In this document: piece after piece, positions 11,000 to 20,442 of the stretch
How the letters are laid out: each line of letters starts with the position of its first letter
How positions within the stretch are numbered: position 1 is the stretch's first letter
From: an uncultured Gemmatimonadaceae bacterium
GTDB taxonomy: Bacteria; Gemmatimonadota; Gemmatimonadetes; Gemmatimonadales; Gemmatimonadaceae
Direction: 5' to 3'
Assembly (NCBI GenBank): GCA_963790305.1
Contig: CAWBOC010000010.1
Span: 256,001 to 320,000, forward strand
Length of the DNA: 64,000 nucleotides
The notes under the pieces: generated by a model
Database searches by the model: none
The model's input: only the letters and a program-made list of their open reading frames with translations
What the model was told of the DNA's origin: nothing
Program-made: the position numbers and the translations under genes

Positions 11000-11233
11000 G
11001 GGCGGTGAGGCGGGATATCTGTGTGAGGCGGGTATCGATTCGACTGGCCGGGTTGGGAGGAGGTAACTGTTCGTGCGCGACGAGCCCTTTAAGGGCGTTA
11101 GCAACTGGCACATCTCCAGCACGCGGTCGAGTGGCTCCAGCGTCAGCTCCAGGCGGACCCAGGTCGACGCGAGCATCGATATTGGCTTGGCAGCGCGCTG
11201 TACGATCTCGCCCGGTGGCGCGAGGCAGACGCG

Positions 11234-11509
11234 GTGTTTAACGCCCTTTACCGGGACTTTCCCGATCGCGCCCAGTATCGGGGCCTTGCCGCCCTCACTC
11301 GGGCCCGGCGGGGAGACCCTCGTGGCGCCGCGCGGTTGTTAGGCGACCCGCCGCGCCACGCGCGTGGGGAGCACACGACCTTCCAGGCCCGGCTCGCGGC
11401 GATCGCCGGTGATACAGTTGCCGCGCGGACACTGTACCAGCGGGCGCGCGGCGAGATCGCGCCGGGCTTTGCGTGGCTGCACGCGTCGGGGTTCCGGGAC
11501 TTGAGATAG
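11234..11509 (+). pseudogene. Possible orphan C-terminal helical/TPR-like gene remnant
   Basis: Protein-like 91-aa frame with no convincing start or RBS. Confidence 0.35.
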
Positions 11510-11542
11510 TCCAGGCTCACGCGCAACGAGCTTGAAGAGCGG

Positions 11543-11673
11543 TAGCACAGAGACACACAGAGACATCACACGGAGACACAGAGGAACTTTAGCGGCGGAG
11601 GCTTTTCCCAAAAGCCTTGCAGTTGCAGTCCTTCGTGTGTCTCTGTGCGATGTCTCTGTGTGTCTCTGTGCTA
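11543..11673. repeat. Palindromic element with CACAGAGA repeats
   Basis: 25-bp perfect IR TAGCACAGAGACACACAGAGACATC; inner hairpin AGGCTTTT-CCC-AAAAGCCT. Confidence 0.9.
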
Positions 11674-11702
11674 TTGCTCTTCCGGCTCGTTGCGCGATAG
11701 AA

Positions 11703-12170
11703 TCAACGGCCCCCGACCATCGAGGCCGGCGCCCGCACCGCCACAACGTGCGCCCGCGCGCATTCCATGCCGTCGGCACTCAAGCTGACCTCGACCACAA
11801 CCTTGCGTTCCCCCACGTCTGCCGGCTTCGCGCGCAGCAGGAGCTCCGGGCCCAGCGGAGTGGGGCGTAGAAAGTCCACGCGCAGTGACGCGGTCACGAA
11901 GCGCGGTGTCGGGTCGTGGCCGGGTCGCAAGCCGGCGGCGACGAGCGATGCACCGGCAGCCGTTGCCATCGCGTGGCAATCGGCGAGCGACGCGATCAGC
12001 CCTCCGTACACGAATCCCGGCAAGGCCATGTGGTACGGCGCCGGGATGAATCGCGCGAGCGCCTCCCCGTCTCTCCACTCGCTCTTGACGTGCAGGCCGT
12101 TCGTGTTGAGTCGGCCGCATCCATAGCAATGGGAGAAGTCGTCGGGGTAGAGATCCTGAAGCATGCTCAT
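11703..12170 (-). CDS. PaaI/hotdog-fold thioesterase
   Basis: CYGCG..N..GL, YGGLIASLADC, TASLRVDFLRPTP. Confidence 0.9.
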   Translation of the reverse strand: MSMLQDLYPDDFSHCYGCGRLNTNGLHVKSEWRDGEALARFIPAPYHMALPGFVYGGLIASLADCHAMATAAGASLVAAGLRPGHDPTPRFVTASLRVDFLRPTPLGPELLLRAKPADVGERKVVVEVSLSADGMECARAHVVAVRAPASMVGGR

Positions 12171-12182
12171 GTCAGAATCACC

Positions 12183-13811
12183 TCACGGCGCTCTGACGAG
12201 CTCGAGCACGTGGATCTCCAGGGGAGCAATCGACGCGAGCGGACGATAGGCCTGCATCCGCCCATTATTCCCCACGCGCAGCGACTGGCCGGCAGGACCG
12301 CCTAACAGGCTGACCAGCCTGTAGCGTCCCGCCGGCACGGCGCTCTCGGGTGACGCCACCGACATGCCGACGAGTGGCGTCGTACCGAGATTGGCGATGA
12401 CGAGCACGACTTTGTCGCCGGCGCGACGCAGGTACGCGGCGGCGGCGTCACTCGTTGCCGTGAGGGGAACGAGCTCTCCGCCCCCTAACGCATCGTGCGC
12501 GCCGCGGAGGTGAATGAGCCGTCGGTGGAGGTTGAGCAGCGACGTGGGATCGCCATCCAGCGTTTCGACGTTCGCCGTCATCGAGTCCGGCATGAGCGGC
12601 TCCCACGGTGCGCCGCTGGTGAAGCCGGCCGCGGGTCCGCGACTCCAGTGCATTGGCGTGCGCAGCCGCGGATCGGGCTTGTCGCCCGTCATGCCTATTT
12701 CCTCCCCGTAGTACACGAACGGGAGCCCCGGCAGTGTCAGCAGCAGCGCGACCGCCAGCTTGTTGCGAGCGACGTCGCCCTTGAGCTCCGTCAGCGTGCG
12801 CGTCTGGTCGTGATTCCTGAGGAAGGGCGACCATCGCTCGGCAGGGACTGCGCGCTGCAATCTCACATAGGGCTCGAAAAGCTTCTTCGCCGAGCCGGTG
12901 CGGACCGCCTCGAGCAGCGCATCGGAGGCCGCGAAGGCGAAATGCGAATCGAGCTGATCCGGATAATAGGGAAGCATGGAGCCCACGCTGTCCCAGACCT
13001 CGCCCACCGTGTAGGCGTTAGGCGCGACACGGCGGATGTGCGCCGCGTACTCGCGAAGGAGTGCGTGTGTGCCTGGCGTCCCCGCGAGCCGGTTCCCCTC
13101 CTCCACGAGATACGGGATCGCATCGAGACGGAAGCCGTCGACGCCCATCTCCTGGAGCCAGAACGTCGCCACCTTCTTCGCCTCCTCGCGCGCGGCGGGA
13201 TGCTCGTAGTTCAGGTCCGGCATCCCGTGCCAGAAGATCCCATAGTAGTACTCATCGCGTACGGGCGACTTGTGCCACACCTCCTGTCCCCACGGTCCTT
13301 TGATGTCAGGCTTCGTCGCCGACCAGCGGAACCAGTTTCGATACGGCGAGGCGGGATTGAGCTGCGCGTCCTTGAAGTATGGATGCTCGTTCGAGGCATG
13401 GTTGAGCACCATGTCCACGAGGACACGGATGCCACGACGATGCGCCTCGGTGACCAGGCGCTTGAAGTCCTCGTTGGTTCCGAACTCGGGATTGACGCGG
13501 TAGTAGTTCTTGACGTCGTAGCCGTGGTAGCTCGGCGAGGCGGCTACGGGCATGAGCCAGATACATCGCGCGCCAAGGTCGCGACGCATATCGGGCGTGC
13601 CGTCGTTGATGTAGTCGAGCTTCTCGATCAGCCCGTTGATGTCGCCGATCCCGTCGCCGTCGCTGTCGTAGAACGATCGGACGAAGATCTCGTAGCAGAC
13701 CGCGCCGCGCTTCCAGTCGGCTGAGCGCGCTGCCGTGGCGGCCTGTGCGGCGCAGGGGATGATCCCGGCAGCAAGCGTGAGACACCAGGCAATGAAGGCA
13801 ATTCGCTCCAT
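12183..13811 (-). CDS. GH13 alpha-amylase/alpha-glucosidase family, secreted
   Basis: DSDGDGIGD, YHGYD, DMVLNH, GFRLDA, VGEVW, NHD; AGGGAG before ATG 13811. Confidence 0.93.
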   Translation of the reverse strand: MERIAFIAWCLTLAAGIIPCAAQAATAARSADWKRGAVCYEIFVRSFYDSDGDGIGDINGLIEKLDYINDGTPDMRRDLGARCIWLMPVAASPSYHGYDVKNYYRVNPEFGTNEDFKRLVTEAHRRGIRVLVDMVLNHASNEHPYFKDAQLNPASPYRNWFRWSATKPDIKGPWGQEVWHKSPVRDEYYYGIFWHGMPDLNYEHPAAREEAKKVATFWLQEMGVDGFRLDAIPYLVEEGNRLAGTPGTHALLREYAAHIRRVAPNAYTVGEVWDSVGSMLPYYPDQLDSHFAFAASDALLEAVRTGSAKKLFEPYVRLQRAVPAERWSPFLRNHDQTRTLTELKGDVARNKLAVALLLTLPGLPFVYYGEEIGMTGDKPDPRLRTPMHWSRGPAAGFTSGAPWEPLMPDSMTANVETLDGDPTSLLNLHRRLIHLRGAHDALGGGELVPLTATSDAAAAYLRRAGDKVVLVIANLGTTPLVGMSVASPESAVPAGRYRLVSLLGGPAGQSLRVGNNGRMQAYRPLASIAPLEIHVLELVRAP

Positions 13812-13819
13812 GAGCTCCC

Positions 13820-14902
13820 TCACAGGTACGATCGACCGTCTGCACCGAACAGATGCACACGCTCGGCGCGTATGAGTACTCGGATTTCTTCGCCAGCTTC
13901 CGGGACTGAATCGTTCGAGACGGCAGCCATGAGACGGTGCGGGCCGGCGTCGAAGTGAACATGCGTGGTACCGCCCAAACGTTCCACCAGCACGACACGC
14001 CCCGCCAGCGCGCTCCCTGCGACTCCGCCCGAATCAATCACCAGATCTTCCGGCCGCACGCCGAGCGTAGTGGGCTCCGCCCCGGCCGGTGGCGCAGCGC
14101 GGGTCTGTGCCAGCCTGATCCGTGCGCCATCGGCAAGGAAGACGAGCTCGTTGCCGTCGCGCCGCACGTGGCCTTCAACGAAGTTCATGCGGGGCGTTCC
14201 AATGAAGCCGGCGACGAAGCGATTGGCGGGCGCGCGGTAAATATCGATCGGCCGCCCGATCTGCTGGATGTGGCCATCCGCCAGCACGACGATCCGGTCT
14301 CCGAGCGTCATCGCTTCGACCTGATCGTGCGTGACGTAGACGGTCGTCGTATTCAGCCGCCGCTGCAGCCCGCCGATCTCGATCCGCATTTGCGCGCGAA
14401 GTCCGGCGTCGAGGTTCGACAGTGGCTCGTCGAACAGAAACACCTTGGGCTCGCGCACCATGGCACGCCCCATCGCTACGCGCTGTCGCTGTCCGCCGGA
14501 GAGCTGCTTGGGCTTCCGATCGAGCAGCGGCTCGAGTCCCAGAATTCCTCCGGCCCACGCAATGCGGCGATCGATCTCTGGTCGCGCAACTTTCTTGAGC
14601 CGCAGGCCAAGCGAGAGATTCTCCCGAACCGTCATGTGGGGATACAGCCCGTAGTCCTGAAACACCATCGCCACATCGCGGTCGCGCGGCGGCAGCGCGG
14701 TGACGTCGCGCCCGTCGATGCGAATGGTCCCGGTCGACACGGTCTCGAGCCCCGCCAGCATACGAAGGATCGTGGATTTTCCTGACCCCGACCCGCCGAC
14801 GAGGACCAGCAGCTCGCCATCGGCCACGTCGAGGGTGAAATCCTCGACGACGGTGGTTTCCCCGAATCGCTTCGTGACGTGCTCGAAAGAGACTGACGGC
14901 AT
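13820..14902 (-). CDS. Sugar ABC transporter ATP-binding protein (MalK/UgpC-like)
   Basis: GGSGSGKS, LSGGQRQR, DEPLSNLD, VTHDQVEA, TOBE-like tail. Confidence 0.95.
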   Translation of the reverse strand: MPSVSFEHVTKRFGETTVVEDFTLDVADGELLVLVGGSGSGKSTILRMLAGLETVSTGTIRIDGRDVTALPPRDRDVAMVFQDYGLYPHMTVRENLSLGLRLKKVARPEIDRRIAWAGGILGLEPLLDRKPKQLSGGQRQRVAMGRAMVREPKVFLFDEPLSNLDAGLRAQMRIEIGGLQRRLNTTTVYVTHDQVEAMTLGDRIVVLADGHIQQIGRPIDIYRAPANRFVAGFIGTPRMNFVEGHVRRDGNELVFLADGARIRLAQTRAAPPAGAEPTTLGVRPEDLVIDSGGVAGSALAGRVVLVERLGGTTHVHFDAGPHRLMAAVSNDSVPEAGEEIRVLIRAERVHLFGADGRSYL

Positions 14903-14935
14903 CTCGTGGGGGGTTCTGTGATCTCGTATGGCCTG

Positions 14936-15198
14936 AACTGCGAACTGCGCTCCAGGCATCCAGGTTCAAAGTTGCGACGCGGATTACGCGGATTTAGCGG
15001 ATCAGGCGGATCGCTCCCCGCGCCAAGAGCTCTCCACGCGCAAGAGCAAAAGCCATTGTTGTCAAACAAAAACTGTTTGCTGCCGTCGAGGAGAGTTGCA
15101 TGCGCGCAACGTCATCAGCGTTATCCGCTAGATCCGCGTGATCCGCGTCCCAACTTTGAACCTGGATGCCCGGAGCTCGCATCTCGCAGTTCGCAGTT
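14936..15198. mobile_element. MITE-like palindromic element (core 14955-15170) nested in a GAACTGC heptamer IR
   Basis: Terminal IR GGCATCCAGGTTCAAAG also found at 32895-33093; internal CGCGGAT nonamers. Confidence 0.7.
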
Positions 15199-16012
15199 AG
15201 CCTTTAGTCCCTGACCCCGCCATGCTTTCGATGAAATAGCGTTGCAGGAAAGCGTACGCGATCACGACGGGCACGACCAGAACCATTGCCGAGGCGAGCG
15301 ATACCCCAAGCGATCCGGCTCCCCCGCCGAGCGCGAATACCGTGAGCAGTTGTGGCAACGTCATGAGCTGCTGCTCCCGTACCACGAGAAGAGGCCAGAG
15401 TACTTCGTTCCACGAGCCCATGAAGGTGAATATCGCGACGATCGCGAGCACCGGCTTGGCGAGCGGCCAGAACACCGTGAACAGGATCCGCATCTCCCCC
15501 ATGCCGTCCATGCGTGCCGAGTCGATGAGCGACTGCGGAATCTGAAGAAAGAACTGCCGCAGCATGAGCACCGCCGTCGCGTTGAACAAGTAGGGGACGA
15601 TGAGCGCCGCGTACGTGTCTATCCAGCCGACTTTCACGATCAGCGTATACAGAGGTATGAGGGTCAGCTGCCCGGGGATGAGCAGTACCGCGATCGTGAC
15701 GGCGTTGAGCAGCGGCGCCCCTCGAAAGCGCAACCGCGCCATCGCGTAGGCGGTGATCGAGCCGAGGAGGAGGACCGCCACCGTGATGGTCGTGGCGACG
15801 AATGCGCTGTTGAGGAGCGCCCGACCGAACGGCGCGCGCGCCCACATGGTGCGGTAGTTGTCGAGCGTGATCCGATCAGGGATCAGCTCGAGCGTGCCGA
15901 CCTCGAACGGTGGCTTGAGCGTGCTCGACACCATCCAGAGGAACGGATAGATGAAGGTGAGGGCGGCGAGCGTGAGCGCCGCGTAGAGGCCCACTCGGCC
16001 GAGTGCTTTCAC
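15197..16012 (-). CDS. Carbohydrate ABC permease (MalG-like)
   Basis: Multiple TM; IPQSLIDSARMDG EAA loop; WNE.LWP. Confidence 0.93.
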   Translation of the reverse strand: MKALGRVGLYAALTLAALTFIYPFLWMVSSTLKPPFEVGTLELIPDRITLDNYRTMWARAPFGRALLNSAFVATTITVAVLLLGSITAYAMARLRFRGAPLLNAVTIAVLLIPGQLTLIPLYTLIVKVGWIDTYAALIVPYLFNATAVLMLRQFFLQIPQSLIDSARMDGMGEMRILFTVFWPLAKPVLAIVAIFTFMGSWNEVLWPLLVVREQQLMTLPQLLTVFALGGGAGSLGVSLASAMVLVVPVVIAYAFLQRYFIESMAGSGTKG

Positions 16013-16872
16013 AGCGCCTCCGCCTTGCCGATCAGGCGGCGCTGGGCGAAAACGACCATGCCGATGATCACCGCCAGCGCGACGCCGATCGTGGCCGCAT
16101 ATCCCATCTTCTGATAGGAGAAGGCGTTCGTGTAGAGATAGAGGACGATGGAATACGTGCGTCGCAGCGGGCCGCCGCCGGTCATCACGTAGGGCTCAAT
16201 GAAGAGCTGGAAGCCGTTGATGGTCGAGAGCGTGACGACGAGAATCGTCTGCGGAAGGAGCAGCGGAAGCGTGACGTGCCGGAATCGTTGCCAGGCAGTG
16301 GCGCCTTCGAGCTCGATCGCCTCCAGGCAGCTTCTCGGGATGTACTGCAAGCCCGCGAGGTAGATGATCACGTAAAAGCCCACATTCTTCCACGTCACCA
16401 TCGCGGCGATCGCGGGCATCGCCGTGAGCGGATTGGTGAGCCACGCCACGGGCGCGAGTCCAACCTTCACGAGCAATCGGTTGATCAGCCCGACGTCGGT
16501 GGCGTAGAGCGCGCTCCAGAGAATGGCGACAACGGCGCCGGAGATCACGACCGGCAGGAAGAAGGCGGCGCGCCAGAATGCGCGAAGGGCGAGCGGTCGA
16601 TTGAGCGCAAGGGCGAGCGCCAGCGCGGTCATGATCTGCAGCGGCAGGTGGATGCTCAGAAACACAAAGGTGTTCCCTACGGCGCGCCAGAAGCGCCCGT
16701 CATTCGCGAGCAACCGAATGTTGTCGGCGCCCGCGAAGGCGGGGTCGGTCACGAGGTCCCACCGCATGAACACGAGCACCAGCGCGAACGCGATCGGATA
16801 CGCCGCGAAGGCGAGGAGAAAGGCGACGTAGGGCGCCGACAGGAGCCACCCGGAGCGCTCTTCAGCGCGCAT
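16009..16872 (-). CDS. Carbohydrate ABC permease (MalF-like)
   Basis: YLAGLQYIP..LEAIELEGA..WQRFRHVTLP. Confidence 0.93.
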   Translation of the reverse strand: MRAEERSGWLLSAPYVAFLLAFAAYPIAFALVLVFMRWDLVTDPAFAGADNIRLLANDGRFWRAVGNTFVFLSIHLPLQIMTALALALALNRPLALRAFWRAAFFLPVVISGAVVAILWSALYATDVGLINRLLVKVGLAPVAWLTNPLTAMPAIAAMVTWKNVGFYVIIYLAGLQYIPRSCLEAIELEGATAWQRFRHVTLPLLLPQTILVVTLSTINGFQLFIEPYVMTGGGPLRRTYSIVLYLYTNAFSYQKMGYAATIGVALAVIIGMVVFAQRRLIGKAEAL

Positions 16873-19459
16873 CGAGAAGCCGTTGGGCTTCGGTGGCGGC
16901 CCTCGTTAGGGCCTCCCGGACGGGTCGCGTGCCGTACACCGCAGCCTCTTCGTATGCTTCCGACAGGAGGTCGAAGATCTCGACGATGTCGGGATCGAGG
17001 TCGAGATCGCGCGTGCGGCCAACGTACGTGGCGTAGGTGACGAGCGTGGGCCAGCGTGCGAGCGCGGCAGCAAAACGGGGGTCCCCGGCGAGTCCGGCGC
17101 GGTATGGCAGCTGACTCGCGTGCTCGATCAGCAGACGGTCAGCGGCAGGAGAGGTGAGGTATGCAACGAACCGCGCGGCGGCATCCGGATGTCTGGTCGT
17201 AGAGAAGATCGCGATGCTGCGGAGATCGGCGAAGGCGAAGCGATCGTTGGGACTCGTTCCGTCCGCGGCAGGAACTGGGGCGACGTCGTACCGCAGTCCG
17301 GGAACCTTGAGCTCGTTCAGCTCCCGCACGAACCACGGACCGATGATCTTCATCGCGACCGTGCCATCGACGAACGGGTCTCGGCCTAACGAAAAATTCG
17401 CGCGAGGCAGGCTTCCCTCATCGAACCCGCTGCGCAGGACCTCGAGAGCGGCGACCGCCGCGGCGTTGTCGAACGTCACCTTCCCATCGGCGACCAGCGT
17501 TCGGCCGCCGGAGCTGGCGAGGTACAATGGGTAGAAATCGTAGAAGCGCTCGAACCAGGTCGTCTTGAGGCCGGCCCAGAACGGCCACCGATCGATGCGG
17601 CCGTCGCCATCGGTATCGCGAGCAAGACGGCGGAAGGCATGGAGGAGCTCGCTGTGCGTACGCGGGGGCTCGAGCCCGGCTGCCGCCAGGAGATCCACGT
17701 TGTACATCAGCATCTCGGGATTCGTCTTCCACGGAAACGCATAGATCCCGCCGTCGGGCAGGCGGAGCGACGCGAGCATCGCCGCGTTCGTGCGCTCGCG
17801 CAGCCGAGCCGCCGTCGCGACGCGATCGTCGAGGCGAACGACGCTTCCGGCCCGGACCAGTCGTGCCAGCAACGCCGATGAGACGTTCGAGCTGATGTCG
17901 GGCGTTGCCTTGGCCACGATCGCGGCGAGCAGGACCTCCTCCGACGAACGCCCGGCGGGAAGGGGCTGCACCCGTACCTGAACCGAGGGATTCTCCGCGT
18001 TCCACTGCGAAGCGAGCCGCGTGGCGAGCCACGTTTCGGAGGGGTTCGCCGCCGGCCAATAGGTCAGCGTAACGGGCGCAGCGGTCGCCCGCGATTCGAC
18101 GATCTCGATGCCTTGTGCCTGACGACTGAGCGTCAGGGGTGCCTCATCCGGTCCCTTGAACTCGCGGCGATCGGAAAGGCTGGTCAGCGATGCCGCAGGG
18201 CCATCGGTCGTGCGATACCCCAGGTATTCCATCGCCTCGGGGCTGGCACTGACGCGTTGCAGGGCGAGCAATGCCTCGATCGTGGACTCGGCGCCGGAGT
18301 TCCGATTCACCTGCTCGGCTGAAGGCCCGTCGATGCCATCGAACGTGCGACCAGTCATCTGGTCGTACATGCTCACGTGGGCCGGGTTCGCGCCGAGGAA
18401 CCATGACGCGGTCAGACCGGCGAAGACCGCATACCGACGATCGCCGGTGGCCTCGGCCAGGTCCAGGTACCCCTCGACCACCGGCCCAATCCCATACGCG
18501 ATCTGGGGGAATGACCGCACGGCACCGTTAGGCGCCACCTCCCAGGGGACTTGGCCTGCGAGCAGGAATCGTCCCCAGAGCCCATCCGCCTCCTGCCGCG
18601 CCGCCGCCAGAAGATCGGGCCGGTTTAGCGCGATGGACGTGCGCGCCAGCGCCGCCGTAGATCGGGATCCCCACGCGTGCCACGTTGCGGTTGGCTGATC
18701 CGTCCGCGCACCCCATGGCGGGGTAGTCGAGCTCCCGCGAGACAGCGGTACGAGCAGCGCCGCCATTCGGGCGGCCAGCGAGGCCAGCCGTGGCGTCGGC
18801 TCGGCCTCGTGCAGGGCGAGGATGCCGAGCAGCGCCTCCGATGTCGCGGTGGCCGATCCACCAATGAGGCGTCCACCGTCGACCTCGCGGGCCATTCGCG
18901 CGATGGCCCGATCGAGAACCGCACGGGCGCCGCTCACGGACTCCAGATCCTCAGTTCCGAGCACGCGCACCGCTTCGCCGAGCGCCCAGATGCTGCGTGC
19001 GGCCCAGTACGACATGCTCTTTCGGCTACTCGGAGCCGTGCGGTTGAGCCGGCCCCGTGCATCGATGAAGTTGATGAACTCGCCATCGCCTTGCTCCATC
19101 GCCGCGACGAAGGAGAGCAGCCCGAGCGCCTCCTCTCGCGCGCGTTGATCGCCTGTCATCTCGAAGGCGCGCAGGTACACGACCGCGGCACGGGCGGCGT
19201 CGTCCAGGCTGGCGATGCCCTCCGAGCCATCGCGTTCGGGAGAAGGCGTCGGCCGATAGTCGGGCGCTTCGGCGTACAGCGCCACGACGCGGACGGGGCG
19301 ACCATTCACTACCGCGTCGAGGCCGAGACGTCGCAGATGATCGAGCGACAGGGCGAGCGGCGGCGTAGCGGCGGGCGGCGGTCCGGACCGGGAATCCCCC
19401 GCGCACGCCGCGATGGGCGCGGCGAGGACGAGTATCCTCATCGTGCGATGGACGTTCAC
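16862..19459 (-). CDS. Lipoprotein: putative (alpha/alpha)6 glycosidase-like domain fused to a sugar ABC solute-binding domain
   Basis: IAAC lipobox; EGIASLDDAARA and NRNSGAES motifs; C-terminal ~400 aa SBP-like (DGGIYAFPW, YNVDLL..AG, F.DG.VAM..IGPW). Confidence 0.8.
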   Translation of the reverse strand: MNVHRTMRILVLAAPIAACAGDSRSGPPPAATPPLALSLDHLRRLGLDAVVNGRPVRVVALYAEAPDYRPTPSPERDGSEGIASLDDAARAAVVYLRAFEMTGDQRAREEALGLLSFVAAMEQGDGEFINFIDARGRLNRTAPSSRKSMSYWAARSIWALGEAVRVLGTEDLESVSGARAVLDRAIARMAREVDGGRLIGGSATATSEALLGILALHEAEPTPRLASLAARMAALLVPLSRGSSTTPPWGARTDQPTATWHAWGSRSTAALARTSIALNRPDLLAAARQEADGLWGRFLLAGQVPWEVAPNGAVRSFPQIAYGIGPVVEGYLDLAEATGDRRYAVFAGLTASWFLGANPAHVSMYDQMTGRTFDGIDGPSAEQVNRNSGAESTIEALLALQRVSASPEAMEYLGYRTTDGPAASLTSLSDRREFKGPDEAPLTLSRQAQGIEIVESRATAAPVTLTYWPAANPSETWLATRLASQWNAENPSVQVRVQPLPAGRSSEEVLLAAIVAKATPDISSNVSSALLARLVRAGSVVRLDDRVATAARLRERTNAAMLASLRLPDGGIYAFPWKTNPEMLMYNVDLLAAAGLEPPRTHSELLHAFRRLARDTDGDGRIDRWPFWAGLKTTWFERFYDFYPLYLASSGGRTLVADGKVTFDNAAAVAALEVLRSGFDEGSLPRANFSLGRDPFVDGTVAMKIIGPWFVRELNELKVPGLRYDVAPVPAADGTSPNDRFAFADLRSIAIFSTTRHPDAAARFVAYLTSPAADRLLIEHASQLPYRAGLAGDPRFAAALARWPTLVTYATYVGRTRDLDLDPDIVEIFDLLSEAYEEAAVYGTRPVREALTRAATEAQRLLDAR

Positions 19460-20442
19460 AGAGGCACTCCGCCGCCCTGCTCTCGGATTGCGATGTCGAG
19501 GGACGCCACCAGCTCTCGCTTGCCGACGCGCGCGCCCGCCACCGCTACGTCGGCGGCGCCGTAATACACGATCAGATCATCGCCGCGCGCGACGAGACCC
19601 TCGGGGAAGACGACCCGCACCCCGGTTTTGAAGTTTGCCGGATCGACCTGCGGGATGGGCCGAAGCTCGATCTCGTAAGGCGCCTTCGGCGTCAGCGCCG
19701 GCTCATCGGAGACATACAGAACGTGCTCCGGCTTGGCGACGTCGAGCACGCACCAACCCATCGAGTAGACATTGCCTTCCGCGATGCTGGTGGCGCCGTG
19801 AAAGGGCAGGAGCCACCCGACCGACGTGCGAATCGGGGGCGCGCCCGCGCCCACTCGGGAGCTGCGCCAGGTTCCAGGCTGCGGGCCTATCAATGGTACG
19901 CCACTCTCTGGCCACGGCTCCTCGAGCGAGGATACCCGTGCGCAGACGATACGCGGCATGGGTCGGTGCAGAATCACGTACTGACCATCGACCTTTTCGG
20001 GAAGAATCACACAGTTCTTGTTCTCGCCGGCAATGCGCGGGCCATGACGGCGATAGCGCTCGGGCGCCAACAGGTCGTCGGTCGTGATCAGGCAGACCCG
20101 CGGCCCCTCTGGCGAATATCCAGTGTAGGTGATGGCGTAGCGTCCTTCACCTTCGAGGTAGGTGATCCGCGCGTCCTCGACGCCCCATTCCTCGTAGGGC
20201 GCCTGACGGGCGATGGCGGGGCGATCCCAGATCTCGTCGATGCGTTGGCCGTCCGACGACAGGGCGAGACCAAGACAGGAACGCTTCGTCTCCGCCTCGA
20301 ACACCCTAACGAGCAGCACGACGCGGTCTGTCGCCCGGTCGACGGCTACGCCTGGATTGAACGCGCCGCTTGCGCGAGCGAACGGAATGTGAGACGGATG
20401 AATGAGTGGGTTGCCGGGGAGCCGCTCGAGAGCTGCAATCAT
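19456..20442 (-). CDS. GH130 family glycoside phosphorylase/hydrolase
   Basis: NPLI, AFNPG, GVEDARIT, NKNCVILPEK..G.Y..LHRP, VVFP.G, YYGAAD; ATGA coupling. Confidence 0.9.
   Translation of the reverse strand: MIAALERLPGNPLIHPSHIPFARASGAFNPGVAVDRATDRVVLLVRVFEAETKRSCLGLALSSDGQRIDEIWDRPAIARQAPYEEWGVEDARITYLEGEGRYAITYTGYSPEGPRVCLITTDDLLAPERYRRHGPRIAGENKNCVILPEKVDGQYVILHRPMPRIVCARVSSLEEPWPESGVPLIGPQPGTWRSSRVGAGAPPIRTSVGWLLPFHGATSIAEGNVYSMGWCVLDVAKPEHVLYVSDEPALTPKAPYEIELRPIPQVDPANFKTGVRVVFPEGLVARGDDLIVYYGAADVAVAGARVGKRELVASLDIAIREQGGGVPL

Noticed and set aside
11236..11344. attC-like site (GTTTAAC ... GTTAGGC)
   Set aside because: No complementary L boxes or internal palindrome; no integrase; GTTAGGC is common throughout the window
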